Assembly: GCA_028023455.1 (NCBI GenBank)
Contig: JAQFVV010000006.1
Location: 14,136,001 to 14,200,000, forward strand
Length of the DNA: 64,000 nt
Direction: 5' to 3'
Source of the DNA: Epiperipatus broadwayi
Lineage: Eukaryota > Animalia > Onychophora
Of the stretch, positions 26,001 to 40,372 are shown piece by piece. A program made the translations under genes and the position numbers. The notes below the pieces were generated by a model that saw nothing but the letters and a program-made list of their open reading frames with translations, searched no databases and was not told the DNA's origin. Within the stretch, counting starts at the first letter, position 1, and each line of letters starts with the position of its first letter.

Positions 26001-26084
26001 TAACCAGTAATTAATTAGATTTAAGATTGGTACACTCTCTAGCAGAGAACTTATTAATTATTATTTTTTGTTTGTTTCAGAATA

Positions 26085-26195
26085 ATGTCAGATCTTGATC
26101 CAGATTACTATTCTAAGTTTTTGGATGGATATAAAAAATTGTCTAAAGAAGAGATGGTCAAATGTTATTCTGAATGGGCCTTGACCTATGATGAG
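26085..26195 (+). CDS. METTL27-like: Coding exon 1 of METTL27/WBSCR27-like class I SAM methyltransferase (MSDLDPDYYSKFLDGYKKLSKEEMVKCYSEWALTYDE)
   Basis: Strong acceptor ttttttgtttgtttcag ending at 26080, ATG at 26085, open frame to a GT donor at 26196 (phase 0). The Y..WA..YD motif is typical of the METTL27 N-terminus. Confidence 0.85.
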
Positions 26196-26334
26196 GTATA
26201 GCCAAATATTTAATTTTATGTATCATTTTGGAAGTATGTTTTTATTTGTTTCATTATATTATCTAGGTTTGAAGGGTGATATAATTAAGTATCAATAAAC
26301 CATTCATATTTAATAAAACTAATGATATGTAAAT

Positions 26335-26755
26335 AAGATATTTATTTTATATAGTGCTATGTTGTATAAACTGTAATATTAATAATTAGCCATTAAGCTA
26401 ATGCCCATGCGCTTTGTGGATTTTAACTATAAATGAATACTCTCACTTTCCAAACACAAGATAAAGTCTTTGTGAAAAGATAGAATGAATCCATTTATCT
26501 TTTTAACCCAAACGGGAAAATCTTAAGTGTTTATGAGAGCGTGAAGATGTTAAGTGATCACTTTAAATTACTTTTATTATGCCTGAATAAATGATGCGAA
26601 ATTTTCTAGAATTTACGATACGTCATTCTTATTTGAAATTAAACATATGTAAAGAAGATATTTATTTTATATAGCACTATGTTGTATAAACTGTAATATT
26701 AATAATTATTCATTAAGCTAATGCACTTGCGCTTTGTGGATTTTAACTATAAATG
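26335..26755. repeat. Direct repeat of about 100 bp, about 320 bp apart
   Basis: agatattttattttatatag...ggattttaactataaatga at about 26336-26438 and 26656-26756. Confidence 0.8.
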
Positions 26756-27364
26756 ATGTATATTTATAAAATATTGGTTGTATTTGAATTGATAACTTTT
26801 CATTCATGGTGGTAAAATGATTAGAAAACACACTGAAACAGACTTGGTGATTTAATTTCTTTTTTTTTTTGAATTTTGTTTATTAGTAATGACATACAAT
26901 TTTACCTGTAATAATTTTTTATATAATATTTTTTTTGTCCAATAGAAAATATTTTGTTTCGTTTGTAAATTAGTATCATTTGTATAAGCACTGGATAATT
27001 TCTTTTCTTACATAGATACCAGCATCAATCTGCTCTATACCCATCTACTTCAGAGACACCTGTAGTTTTCCTTGTATGTTAATGTGAGCAATCAATGAAT
27101 ACTAAGTAGATATAGGCTTCTCCCTAATAAGGATTTAACAGGCAGAAACTGGTCTGGGGTCTGATTGGTACTACAGTGTAACATTCATTGATTACTCATG
27201 CTTACACTGATGTTGATAATGTAGTGTGATATAGAATGGATTTATGTCACTAATGCACATGTTAAACATAATTAACAGCCATGTGGTGCTTATTTATATT
27301 TACATGATATAAATGCATCAAAACATTGCATTTTCTCCAAGCAATGTGTTCAGAATACTTAAAA

Positions 27365-27881
27365 TAGTGATTGGCAACCTTTTAGATATTGTGGACCACT
27401 AACATAATTTTTAAAGGTACGAATTAATATGAGCACTGAATATGATATACATATTTATTTATTTATATATTGATAATTTTAACACAAGGGGGTGCTGGAG
27501 TCAAATTTGATGCTTAGGGCATAGTTGCTGAAAGATTCCTGATTCCATATAAGGAGGTCACAGTGCATCATATCGCACCACATCTAGTCAATTGTACAGA
27601 ATTCTGTACTCTTATTATGTTAATTTTTCTATACCGCTGACCAAGTAGGGGAAAATTAAATGCCTTTGAGACAGATGTTTTGCAAGTCACAGTAGTATTT
27701 TGTAACAAATCAAATAGCAATGTAAAGTTTTTGTTCTATGTTACATATAATAAATATAGCTTAAACAAAAGTTATTTTTTATTTAAAAATTTTATTAAAT
27801 GAGCTTAGTGAATTTAAATAATAGCTGAATTTCTTTGTGGACTATTAAAATTACATCACGAACCATAGTTGCTGACCGCTG
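27365..27881. mobile_element. Old hAT-type MITE with a nested LINE H tail fragment (about 27510-27590)
   Basis: Termini TAGTGATTGGCAACC / AGTTGCTGACCGCTG; 8-bp flanks ACTTAAAA / ATCTAAAA (6/8). Confidence 0.55.
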
Positions 27882-28034
27882 ATCTAAAAGATTCTGTTAA
27901 AGTATGTAAACATGTAATATGTTTGCTTTTTAGTATTCTCCTGTATTTGTGATTTCCATATTATGGGTTTACTTAGCCATGATTAAAAAAAAAGTAAACA
28001 ATATATATGTAAATAATATTTTAAAAGAAGATTT

Positions 28035-28272
28035 TTTAAAAATAATGCTTTTATTTAAACAGCCAACTAAAAAGTACAAAATAACAAAGTAATCCAACTA
28101 AAAAACACATGTCATTTCATAAAAGCATTTGAGACATAAAATCAAAAAGGCCTCAAATGCTTTTATGAAATGACAGAACATGTTTTTTAGTCTGGTTAAT
28201 TTGTTAGTCAGATTATTTTGTTATTTTATAGCTTTTAGTCAGCTGTTTACATAAAATCATTATTTTAAAAAA
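28035..28272. repeat. AT-rich fold-back with perfect 24-bp inner arms
   Basis: 28110-28133 is the exact reverse complement of 28152-28175; the outer arms are imperfect. Confidence 0.7.
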
Positions 28273-29950
28273 AATATTATTATTTTACTTTTTAGTTATA
28301 ATAAAACATATAATTTAAATTTAAATCAAATAATTTTCTTTATCGGTCTCTTTTAGTCATTGCTGTTCATGTGCAATATTATCAATACAAAATGATTGCA
28401 GTCATTTTCTATTAATGTTATTAATATTTACTAAGGCTGTAACCTCAAGAATGTGCACATAAAAATGCGATAGTAAAGACCTCTACAGGTCTTAACCACA
28501 AGCTTATGTTTTGGAAGAAAAGAGGGAAACCCTTCTTTACTTCAACCTACTTTTTATATAAATAGGTGAAGCTGAAGCGGGTAGATCTGAGAGGATGAAG
28601 CTATTCAATACTTCACTGATTAAGTCCACATTTCTTATTACACATTTAATACTCGCAAAATCTTTCGATTTACAATGAGTCAATGGAAAGATCTTATATT
28701 TAGAAATCTATTATGATAATTTAAAGTTGTAATTATAAATTTATTTAAATGCACATTGATGTCAAACAGTTAAACATTTAATTAATTAAGTAAGAGTTAA
28801 ATCAAAATATTAACAAAATTTTATTTTACAAATAATATTTCTGTTAGCTCAGCTGTTCATAAGTTTTTTTGGGGAAGTGTGAGGATGTGAGTTTGAGTTC
28901 TAAATGGGAATGGATTTTAAAAATGCTTTTACTTAATTTAATAAGTAACACACTAAATATACTGATTGTAAATGTTTTCTTCAACCACAGTTTTGATTGT
29001 TATATTTAACTTGAAATAAAAGCATGGAGTGTCAATAAATTAATTAATAATTATTAATTAATTTTTGGGTGCCTCACACTTGTATTTCAAATTAAAAAAA
29101 TAGTGGAAATTCAGAATGAAATTAATATATCAGCCAGATAAAAATATGATTTTAATAATTATTAAATTAATAACAATTATATATATAATAAAAATTCATA
29201 TAACATCATAATACTAGCCAAAAAACTAAACTTTCCTAAAATTCTTCCACAACCATGGTTTTATTTATTAATCAATAGACCTTTTCAAGAGAAATTCAAC
29301 TATAGAGGCCACTTATATATACCAAACAAAATGGCTGAAAACCCATCTTCCTTTAACATCAGAGGATGTTTCATGAGATTGATAGTCTCAGATTAAAAAT
29401 ATTTTATCATCAAAGTTTATTTTATTCATTTCTTTCATAAAAGATAACCTCTGCAATGTCAAATAATATTTTATGACCTTTATAAAGTTCATGAATATAC
29501 AAAACTGAGTTATTATATTTATTTTTAACTACTCATATACTTTAACTCTTTCATTAAGTCTTAATTTACTCTGACCTATATAAATTTTATGACAATTATA
29601 ATAATCTTATAAACTATTCCAGGAGTAGATTTGCAATCAATTAACTGTTTTGAACTATTCCAGGAGTAGATTTGCAATCAATTAACTGTTTTGAACTATT
29701 TAATAATGAATTTAAATTCAGGTCTTTCTTCCAAGTTACTTTTATATTAACCAATAGAAAACTATTCTTATAAATCACTTTACTAATTGATGACTTATAT
29801 GGCAAAGAAATATACTCTTTATTTTCATTAACATTTAAATCTTTATTATTAACAGATTTATAGATATTTTTACTAACTATAATATTCCTTTTTTTATAAA
29901 TCTCCTCGTATACACTTTAATGCAATTTTTATATAATTACTCATTTATTT

Positions 29951-30052
29951 TTCTAACAGTTTCAACTGTCCTGCAGTCTTCATCAGAGCTTTTTATAATC
30001 TTTTTATATAAAAAACTCTGATGAAGACTGCAGGACAGTCAAAACTGTTAGA
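29951..30052. ncRNA. Inverted pair of family G hammerheads (minus copy with intact core; plus copy G12A)
   Basis: Minus: CUGAUGA A GACUG-CAGGA-CAGUU GAAA CUG UU. Plus (30018): CUGAUGA A GACUG-CAGGA-CAGUC AAAA CUG UU. Confidence 0.7.
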
Positions 30053-30179
30053 AAAATAAAGGAATTACATAAAAATTGCATTAATGTGTATATGAAGAGA
30101 TTTATAAAAAAGTAATATATATGAATGTAGGAAGAAATGCAAAAAAAGTAAAGGAGAAGATATAAGAATGATAAATATA

Positions 30180-30860
30180 ATATTCCTAATAAATTCATTA
30201 TTATATTCTAACTCAATATAGTCAGAAGCAAATTGACTCCTCTGAATATAACTTACTTTCAAAATTACTAAGCCTTCTATTCCTACAACAAAAATTCAAT
30301 AAAGAAAGTCTTTTATCAGTAAAGAGTTGATAACTATCTCGCCTTATCATATTTCTTATTTTTTTTTCTTTAATACAATGACTACAAAATAAAACATTAT
30401 CAACTTTATGAACATGTAAATCTAAAAATTTTAACTTTATAAATTCAAATGTACCCCCCTCCCCTCAATAAGTAAATTTAGTATTAGAATCAAAAACATT
30501 CAAACCATCAAAATCCTTCAATTTATCTTCTTGTATAACAAACAAGCAATCATCAACATACCTAACAAATAATTTTAAAGAAACAGAAAAATTATTAATG
30601 ACACTCTAAAAAATCCAAGATAAACAGAGCACATTAAAGGAGAAATAACAATCAATAATCCAACCCTTTTTAATTTTTATAAAACATATCATTACACACA
30701 AAATACATAGAATTCTCTAATAACAATAGCAAATCAGGAATAACCTTAAACTTATCTGCAGAAAAATATTCAAATTTTTTCAAAACATCAAGAAACACAT
30801 TAATACCAAACAAAGAGTTTTGCTAATTGCTCAACAAGTTTTGTGATAAATGCTTAGCAA
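30180..30860 (-). mobile_element. Degenerate Penelope-like RT (palm and thumb)
   Basis: Minus strand gives NSMYFVCNDMFYK, ISPLMCSVYL, LFVRYVDDCLFV (YVDD at 30549-30560), KFT and KFLDL. A hammerhead lies just upstream at 30901-30943. Confidence 0.8.
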
Positions 30861-30900
30861 GAGAAAGCATTTAAAATATCTATCAGAAACCACCCCTAAA

Positions 30901-30943
30901 TCCCAAACCAATGGTTTCATGCTTTGTCACTCCTCAGTGAGGC
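30901..30943 (-). ncRNA. Hammerhead, family F, upstream of the PLE RT
   Basis: GCCUCA CUGAGGA GUG-ACAAAG-CAU GAAA CC-AUU-GG UU UGGGA. Confidence 0.7.
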
Positions 30944-33900
30944 GCTAGAGTAGTTCCAGACACTAGATCTAAAAATACCAACTCAAAGCCATCATCCAAG
31001 AATTAACCATTGAGTAAAAAAATCTGAAAATTTCAGACACTTAAATGTCTTCAAACCCGGCTATCTAACTCAAATACCTATATGGGGCTGAGAGATCTTC
31101 AGCCAAACTATATATTAGTAGTCTTAGCAATATAACATTCCTTAAGACTTAGTGCAAAGACTATAAATAGTCAATAAAAAATAGTGATACATCACATGAT
31201 ACTTTTTTAAGCTTGTAAAATATAAATAATACTTGTTTTTATCAACTGACTGTAATGGAACTCTCTATCAGATGCTAGGATAAGACCACACTAGAGACAC
31301 AAATGTAACTAGCTCCAATTAAATAAGATAATGACTTACTAATCCAATCATAGTCTATAATGAGTATATTGAAGTACATTATTGATTTAAAGTTTATTGC
31401 TGATAATGTTAACTCACAACAATAAATTTCCTGCTCATCATATGTATATAACTCGTGATAACTAAGGTGGCTAGAGTATTTATTAGTTCTGGCTGGTTAT
31501 ATTATTAAAGACCCAAAACAACATCACTAGCAACCTATGTTTGAATTTATACCCTTTTGTAGAAATCCTCTTAGCATCAAATCATAGCTTTGGGATTCAT
31601 GCAACTCACTGATAATGCTATACTACTCAATTAACTTTGTGAAATGCATCAATGAACAGTGAATAAAGCAAAATATATGTAACAACAGTTTTATTCCCAA
31701 TTGTAGTAACAGGTAAATTATCTATACATTCTTTCAAACAGTGATTTGTGCATCGGCTTCAGTAAATAATATTAAATTACAATACCTTTTTTTACCTTAT
31801 AAATTAGATAAATACACACACACAAACAACATATTTTATTATTCCAGATATTCCGTCAAGGTTGAATTGCATATGTAAATAATGACAATCAATAACACAT
31901 ATATCCAATTCTTCAAGTAAAAAATTAAATTATTCACACACACACACACATAAAATATAATAAAAATATACACCTTACTCTAAAATCAACATATATATAG
32001 AATAGATGGGTTAGTTTAAATTGTGCTTTACGCAAAAAAATGGAAGCGCAATTTAAAACATCACTCGAAGATGAAGTAAAAACAAGGATTTTATTTCAAT
32101 AGGTGGGTTAATATAAAGAGTAATTAGTATGGGTTAATCGTTAGCCAACTAAGAAAAATATATATAATAATGAAATAATCATTTTTTTAGTTTCTGTTTC
32201 TATTTTACTGGTAAACAGATAGTTATATTAAATCAAAAACGACACTTTGATTGTCTGACTGTAATAATCCTCCGATATTTTTTGATTTTCATTTGTCAAC
32301 AGAGTTTTAGTTGAATTTTTAATTCAGTGATTGTACACTTTTTGACTGGGATTTCAACTGAACAGTTCTATCCATGTGGTTTTTTGATAGTTAACAAAAC
32401 AGTTTATATTCTTTTTCCAATGATCCCACTATTGATTTGTGAATATCTTGTAGTTTGGCTGGTCATTATCAGCACCAGTAGATCATTTCTTCTTTCTTGA
32501 TAAGGTATATATATAAAAGAGCTGGGATGGAGCAATTAAGTTTTCTCCTTCATGATGAATCATTTTTTTTTGCTTAAGGCTGGAAAACATCATTTCTTTC
32601 TCCATAGAATGTCATGTGGCTAGAGTTGAACCACTAAAATTTCTAGCAACCTATGAAGCCACCATGTATTTGAATAATAATGCACTTTTAAAATATTTCA
32701 ACTTTTAGCATGCATATACACAGTTTTAATGGTCCTCATAATAAAAAATCTGTTAATCCAAACTCTCTTCCAACAAAAACATTTTTATTTCAAAACGTAT
32801 TCTGACCCTAATTTACAGCCTTTTATAGATTATCAAGTGATTTTGAACAATAACCTAATTGTTTCCCTCCAGTTCTAATAAGGTGTTTATTGAACACAGC
32901 TTAATTACCCCCTACAAATGTTATCAATGCCTATTTTTCCAAAACACAGGAAAGGAAACTGAAGGTGATGAATCATAATTGGAAACAAAAAAGGAAAACA
33001 AGAAATAAGAAAAAGATTCTTTTTAGTAATACAAATTCATTCCAGAATATGCATTTATAAAAATAAAATTTAGTTAAAGATTCTATTGTAGAGCTGATAA
33101 TTTTTAAGAACTGATTTTCTTGTTTCTGTCCAAAAATTGTTGTTGTAATTAGTTAACAAAACAGTTTTTTCTTTTACTTTATGTACAGAAATATTTGTTT
33201 GAGATGAAATATGAAGAAACTCACATGCACACTACTTGAATAAAACTTAACCCTTTATCTACTGAGTTTTTAAAATTTAAAATGCTGTTAGTTATTATTA
33301 TCATATTTAATACTTGTACGAATTGAAATAATAATAGGATAGTTTAGGAACCATACTCCTTCCAGTAATCCTATTTAATGAATTGAAGCCTTTCCCATTA
33401 ACAAATGCATACAATAAGAAAATAAATTGCTATTATATGTTAAAGGTGCACATATGTTGACCTATGAAGCTGTAATATAGATGAGCAAAATGAATACACC
33501 ACTTATCTTTAAAATATGTATGATGGCAAACAAATATAAATTTGAAATAAATGTATTTATTGCCTTAATTACTCAGTTTAATTATTTTAATCTGTCATTT
33601 AAAGTAAATTGTCTATGAGTATTCATTTTAATACAAATACTAGATTTAGATGCTGTTCAGTTAATGTAAAATATTATAAGTAAGTTGCATAATGCAAAAA
33701 TTTAACAATTATATAAAGTTGGGGGTAATGTCAGCAATATGGAAAATTGGACTGCCATAAACAAATGAACAATATGGTGCTCCAAAAGCAAAATGGTGCA
33801 CATCCTACTTTGTGGACATATCACACATAAGCAATGCTATTATAGCAAATCACTATTAACTCTTTTTTAAATTGACACAAATATATTGGGGGGGGGGGGA

Positions 33901-35268
33901 TCATTACTCTCATGTTTCCTTAAATGCTTACATCTAGTGAGTTATTTTGCCATTTTTTTTTAAATAGCAAAATTGCTTACTTTCAAATATTGATTTTGAT
34001 AGTTGAAAAAGAAACCTAAAAAGGTCAGTCAAAAACATATGATTGTACACATATAGAATAATAATGAAAATATTCTGGAATAAACTCCACGATAGTCAAT
34101 ATACCAATATAAAAATAAATAATAGCTTCGGTCAACTTATGACAATGTACACCATCCTGATTACCATTTAGTAATTAAATGCTACTCAGGATGGCATACA
34201 CTGTCGTAAGCTATCTGTAGCTATTATTGAATTTTTATATTGGTATATCGAATAATGTAGAGTTTATTCCAATATATTTTAATTATATTTATTTTCATCT
34301 GATTTTATATATATCAGATCTTTTATACATTTATTCTTTGGACTGTATAATGAATGAATGAAATACAGCATGTTATAAATAATAAGAAAAGGTAAAAAGT
34401 GAAATACCTGGATGAAAAACTATCAAGTATCACTGGGACCATTGAAAGGTTATGTGACTGCAATGGATCACCTGTATACATTGCTAGAAGAAATAAAATA
34501 AGTGAATGGCTGAAGTCTTAAATTGGGTATCAAAGATTGTAAAAGACCTAAAAATAGACCACATGTGAGATGAATGCATGAGGTATGGAAGTTTTCTGGA
34601 GTGATGTGAAGTGAAGGAAAGGGGTAATGGGTAGGAAAACTAGAATGCATTTGAACCTGCAGTTGATTGTTAATGTTGAAAATGTATGGTAAAGATGGTG
34701 GAAAAATGTGAAAATATATATCATCATTTTCAACCATTATTGAGTCACTAAACATCACATGATCACCATCTCTTATGCTAGCCCATAACGGTTATTAAAC
34801 AGGCAAAACTCTCCATACATTAGTGCCACCCTGTGCCAACCAGAGTATTCAATGGGTGGTGATTTTATGCACAAACCTCCTGGAATCCATTGATTACTCT
34901 GATTGGCACAGGGTGGCACTACTGTATGGAGAGTCTTGCCTGTTCATTATCGAGCCAACTGAAAGATGAAGGTCTTTCCAGTTCAACTTCTTTGATCTTT
35001 AGTCTCTCTTCTTCACCTCAACCCAGTCCTCTTTTTTATTTCATCCATCTCACATGTGGTCTCTTTCTATGTCTTTCAATTCAACCCTCCATCTAAGTGT
35101 CATCTCTTTTAGAAATATGTCCAACTCCGCTTGTCTTTTAATTCAATTTTCTAAAATTGCCCCCCCCCCCTGTTTTTTTACAATTAATAAAGTAATAAAA
35201 CATTTATATACTTAATTAATTTACATATATTTATCTACTGTCAGTGTAAAAGTTATATAAATATTTAG

Positions 35269-35397
35269 ATAATTGGTAAAGGAATTTATAATGGCCCCAA
35301 AATTCTGGCCTTCCATTTAGCTCAATATTTTGGGGAGGATCAGAGTAGTGTGAAGATAATTGATATTGGAGCAGGAACAGGACAAATTGCGAGAGAA
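35269..35397 (+). CDS. METTL27-like: Coding exon 2 (IIGKGIYNGPKILAFHLAQYFGEDQSSVKIIDIGAGTGQIARE), containing SAM-binding motif I
   Basis: AG at 35267-35268 and GTAAGT at 35398. Phase 0/0 is compatible with both neighbouring exons. IIDIGAGTG is the glycine-rich motif I. Confidence 0.9.
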
Positions 35398-35480
35398 GTA
35401 AGTTATTAAGTTATAATTTTAACAATAATATTATTAATAAAGTTAATGCATGAATTTTTAAGAATAATAAAACACATGCG

Positions 35481-35524
<44 letters not shown>

Positions 35525-37119
35525 GTATCAGGGGTAAATATATAGTTTTTAAACTTTATAATGCAATATCCATCTTCCTATTTCACCACATTTAGTTTGC
35601 CTATTCATCAATCTATATATCTCTCTATCCATTCATCCATCAATCTATCTATCTGTGTGTTGATTGGTATATCCATTTTTGACTTATTCAGAAACCAATC
35701 TATCTAATATCTGTAACTACACATTTATCTTGCTAACCACTTATTTGCTTGTTTTTCTAACTATCTATCTATATGTTTAGTTCTCTGCTAACTATTTACT
35801 ACTCATTCAGCCATACATCCTCTTATTTACTTCTCTATCTGTTTATACTCATGTTTTCAGATGTAAATATTTCTGCTTTGACAGAAATCTATCAAACCAA
35901 CAAAGCATTTTACATCATCTTACATAATGCTGTTCAATAGCAAATTCATTTTTTTCTTACCCCAGTTATGCCATCTATTGGTATCAGATGAAGAAGAAAA
36001 ACAATGACTGGGAGAAACTGGATTAATCTTGAACCTGTAATTGTTTGCTAATGTTGGATATGATGATGATGATGAATGTGAAAAACTTTTATTAAAAATG
36101 TGTAAATATATATATACAACCCTCTGAATAAGGATTTCTTAAGCACTATTATCTGGTATCTATTAATTACTAAAGCTTCCACTAGGTGGCATAACTGTAG
36201 TGAGAGAAAATGAATTTGCTCATCTATCAAATGCAGAATAACCTTGTATGCATGTAACTAGTAATTGTTAAATTCCAATTTACTGGCTGTTTTGGTCATG
36301 AATAAGTTATCAGAAACAAAAATCAAGCCTAAAAAAATCCAAGGTTTGCTCAGTCTAAATTCAATATAGCATATGTGCTAATCACTCTGACTCAAAGCCT
36401 TTGCAAATATTAATCTGTAACAACTATATTATGTGAATGGATTTATACTATACCAGCAAACCCACTTTACTTAAAAATAATTCATAATATTAAAAATGTA
36501 TGGTGAGTTGCTCAGAGGGTCAGTGACTGTTGAATGCTATTGGGATAGACTGAAATGATGTTTCCATTAAATTTGATCTTACTCGGATTTTTGTTTACTT
36601 TCCACGGCCAGTAGTAGCTTCAGGAATTTTGATAACCATGATTACCATTACATTAGCCCATGTAGAACATACAATTCAATGGTCTAATATCATGTTAATT
36701 ATATAGCCCAAATTACAAAATGGCAGCATAAAAACTCTAAATTTTATTCCAATAATGTGGATGTTTGAATGGCTCTAATCAGAATACTGAATATGATACT
36801 CAGATGGAGACTTTTTAAAGTAATCATTACATTTGTTTATATTAAAGAACATAATTATTTGGTAGTGACTTGAAGATTCGGTTTTGCATTTGTGAGTTGT
36901 ATTCAATTTTGTAATAAGAATATATCAGATTGCCATATGGCATCAGCTTACACCAAGTTTTTTATGAGCATATTCTATTTATACTAGACCATACTGCCAC
37001 CTATTTTAAGGTTGAGTAATTAATAGATTCTTGTTGGTTATTTTTATTAAATCCCTATCCATGCTTTATTATTCAGGCTGTTCTATATAATGCAGTTGGC
37101 TTGGATTCAAAGCTTTAAA

Positions 37120-37310
37120 AGATTCAATGAATTTCAAGCTGGTAATTTGGAAACATACATAAAAGGAATAAAAAGTGATCATTGGGTTAAACATGCATTG
37201 GAACATAAAAACAAAATGATATAAAAAACTCCTTACTGATTGAGAGTCATAAGCCATAAATTAGTCATGAGGCATTAATAAGGAAGCACTGGATAGGGAT
37301 TTAATATGTA
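37120..37310 (+). mobile_element. Probable PLE endonuclease C-terminal remnant with a short 5' inverted copy
   Basis: KRFNE...KHALEHK....KNSLLIES...KEAL-like reading; 37040-37075 is an inverted copy of 37275-37310. Confidence 0.45.
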
Positions 37311-37359
37311 CTGCTATCTAATATCGATTGATTACTGAAGCTTACACTAGATGGCAGAA

Positions 37360-39245
37360 CAGTGTTTTGGTAGAGTGTACCATATGTGATAAAATTTTTC
37401 ATTTGAAATGTCTAAATAAGATTAGGAAGGATGTAAAAGGTGTATGGTTATGTAGATCATCTATAAATGTGATAAAAGAAATAAAAAATGGTTTCTAATT
37501 ATAGATAGTTTAAAAAGAAAGTAAGGAGAAATTGAGAAAAAATGTAGTTAAGGAAGATAGAATACAAAATATATTTAGTGGAGTGACGAGAGATATGGAT
37601 GACAAAATAAGTGGTGCAATGGAGATAGGTAGCCAAAGAATAAATAGGGTAGAGGAAGAAGTAAAGGATGTGGAATTAAAATTAAAAGTGTTAGAAACGA
37701 AGCATGAGCAATGACTAGAAATGATAAGGAAGAAGTAGATAAGGAAATCCCGAAGGTGAAGAATTTTATGCTCAAAATAGGAAAAGTAAACTATGAGACA
37801 GTCCTAGAAGATGTGGAGATGTAATTGCGAGAAAAAATAAAAATAGGTATGTAAAAGTATGTTTGCCTGGAGTTAGAATTAGTGTTGTTACAGATAACAG
37901 GAATAGAGATGTTTATGTTATGGTAGGGACAAATAATTTGTCAGAGCGATTGTAGAGAGTAAGGATGAGTACAGAGAATTGATTAGTAATTTGAATAAGG
38001 TTAAAGAAAGAGTAGGAGTAGTTAGAGTGCTACCAAGATTTGACAATAGGTATATGTTAGATAGGTCATGTTCTATAAATGAGAGATTGAAAAAATTATG
38101 TGAGAGAAATAATGTTGTATTTGTGGATATATGGTTTTTTTTATTATTATTAAAAGAGGAATTATATAGTAATGATGGATTGCACATATCAAAACAAGGA
38201 AGTGAAGCATTAGGGAGTTTGATTTATGAAAAATATTATAGTTCAGGAAAGAGGGTAGGGTTTTAAATTACAGTATTATCAAAACAAAAGTTAAGAATGG
38301 ACAGAATATAAAAAGAAAACAAAGGATAGCTTATTTAGATATAAATGTAGATGTGGAGAGGGAATGGGCCTGTAAAACTAATGATAAACAAGCTAATTAA
38401 AATGTAATATAGAAGAAACAGTCAAAAGATTTTATAAAAGGGTAGTAAAAAAAATGTTAAAATTGGATATTTGAATATGCAAGGTCGTGGGAGACCAGAG
38501 AAATGGCTGGAATTAAACAAAGCAATTAAAAATGAAGGGCTTGAGGTATTAGCAGTAGTGGAACCACATCTAAGAGAAGAAGAAGAACCTACATTGGAAG
38601 ATTTGGTGTGGCAGGGTATTATCAGAAAAAAGAGGGGTCATGATATAGGAGTCATGTCAAAAAAATATTTAAATACTGTAAAGTGTCAAGAACATTTGTG
38701 GTTTGAGATAAGGTTAGAAACACAAAAATGGATGGTGGCTATAATATATATAGCTACTGCAGATAGTCAAACTATAATGGAGTGGAACAATAGAATATAT
38801 GAATGCCCATTTAAAGATATACAGCATTTAAAAAAAGGGAAACAAATAATGGTTATAGAGAATAAGAAAAGGCATATTGAATAATTTGCTGATGTGAATA
38901 ACAATTTGCGTTTGAAATTTTTTGTTAGAGAGTGAATTTAAGAATTGGAAATTTATCAAATATTTATGAGGGGCAATACACATGGGCTAGAAATAATATA
39001 TTTCACACAATAGATTATGTATTAGTAGAGAAAAAGGAAATGAATAAAGTAAGGAAAATTCAAGTGTTTGATAATGAAGAGAGAGTGTATAATAGTGATC
39101 ATAACTTCTTTATAATAGAAAATGGTTAGTAATGTGAGGGAAAATAGTAATAAAAGTAGAAAGGATAGTGAAAGATGTGGACGGAGAATGAACAATAAGA
39201 ATAAGTTTAAAAAATATAAAGTAAAAGTAATGTAAAAATAAGTGA
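37360..39245 (+). mobile_element. 5' part of a degenerate LINE: ORF1 (PHD finger, coiled coil, SGNH esterase) and ORF2 AP endonuclease
   Basis: VECTICDKIFHLKC...VWLCRS; DGLHISKQG esterase block V; LNMQG, AVVEPHL, YTW, TIDYVLV, SDHN. Many stops and frameshifts. Confidence 0.82.
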
Positions 39246-40009
39246 TTGCAATTTTATTGTATTTTAGCATCTACTACATAAGAATTTTCTAGCCATAATC
39301 TTTTTCTAGATTTAATTAATAACAAACAATATGAATTCTTGCATATTATAACAAAATAAACAATTTAATTTACTTAAAAAACAAAAAAACATCAGTAGAA
39401 GGAAAGTATTCTGCTCTCACTACTTTTACGCCATCTATTGTAAGATTTAGTAATTAACAGATGCCAGATGCTAATGTTTAATAAATCTTTATCCAGTGCT
39501 ATCCTCTCCAAACTTCCCCAATTAATTTCTAGTTTATAGCTTTATTAATTAGAAGCTATGCATTGTGACCTTCTGGATCAAAAGCCCTTTTCCTCCAGCA
39601 GCCATTTTTTACTTTTCCTATCAACCAAAATTGAAAACGTTAATTTTTTTAATCCAAGCGTATTTTCTTGCATAATTATATATAGATCTGAAACCAGTTC
39701 AGCTTCTGTTCATCATAGTGAACTTAGTCCAACCTCGGGCACCTTTACTTTTTGGCCAGGATTAGTACAAAACCATCAAGACATCACATGATCACCGATC
39801 TTGACTTACACATTGCTGTCACAATGTATAGGGTAAAGTCATGTGATTTGTCATGTGATATCCTGGTGGTCATGTGATATTATAATGGTTTTGTACTAAT
39901 AAAATAAAGTGCATTTTTTCAAGAGCTGTTCTTTTTATACTATTCTTGAAACATCTACAGTATGTGATTGAATAATCAATGTGAGCCTGATGGTATAATA
40001 CTATATCAC

Positions 40010-40372
40010 CAGAGGTTAAACTCTCCATACAGTAGCACCACCAATGCAAATCCGAGTAATTAATGGATGCAAGAAGGTTTGTACACAAAATCCGTATCTA
40101 GTGCCTACTCGTGCAATATCCCCAGACTAGTTTCAGCTTGTAGCTTTCATCAGTGTGGAGCCTTGGATTAGAGAGCACTGCACCTAGATCTTAGAAAACT
40201 AGTCTGGTGATAATGAATGAGTAGTCACTAGATAGAGATTTTATGCACAAATCTTTTTGCATCCATTGATCTCTGGCTTGCACTGGTGGCACTACTGCAA
40301 AGAGTTTACCCTCTATGTAAACATATTGTGTAAGCATGAGAAATGGTGATTACGTGATGTTTAGTGGCTTAA
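40010..40372. mobile_element. Family D fold-back
   Basis: 40015-40195 is followed by an oppositely oriented segment from 40196 that starts at aaaactagtc. Confidence 0.78.
40119..40159 (-). ncRNA. Hammerhead, family D (core intact, extra A after A9)
   Basis: UCCACA CUGAUGA A AGC-UACAA-GCU GAAA CUAG UC UGGGGA. Confidence 0.75.

Noticed and set aside
32200-33000. Tc1/mariner transposase relic
   Set aside because: Only faint motif echoes across many stops; it cannot be supported without a profile search.
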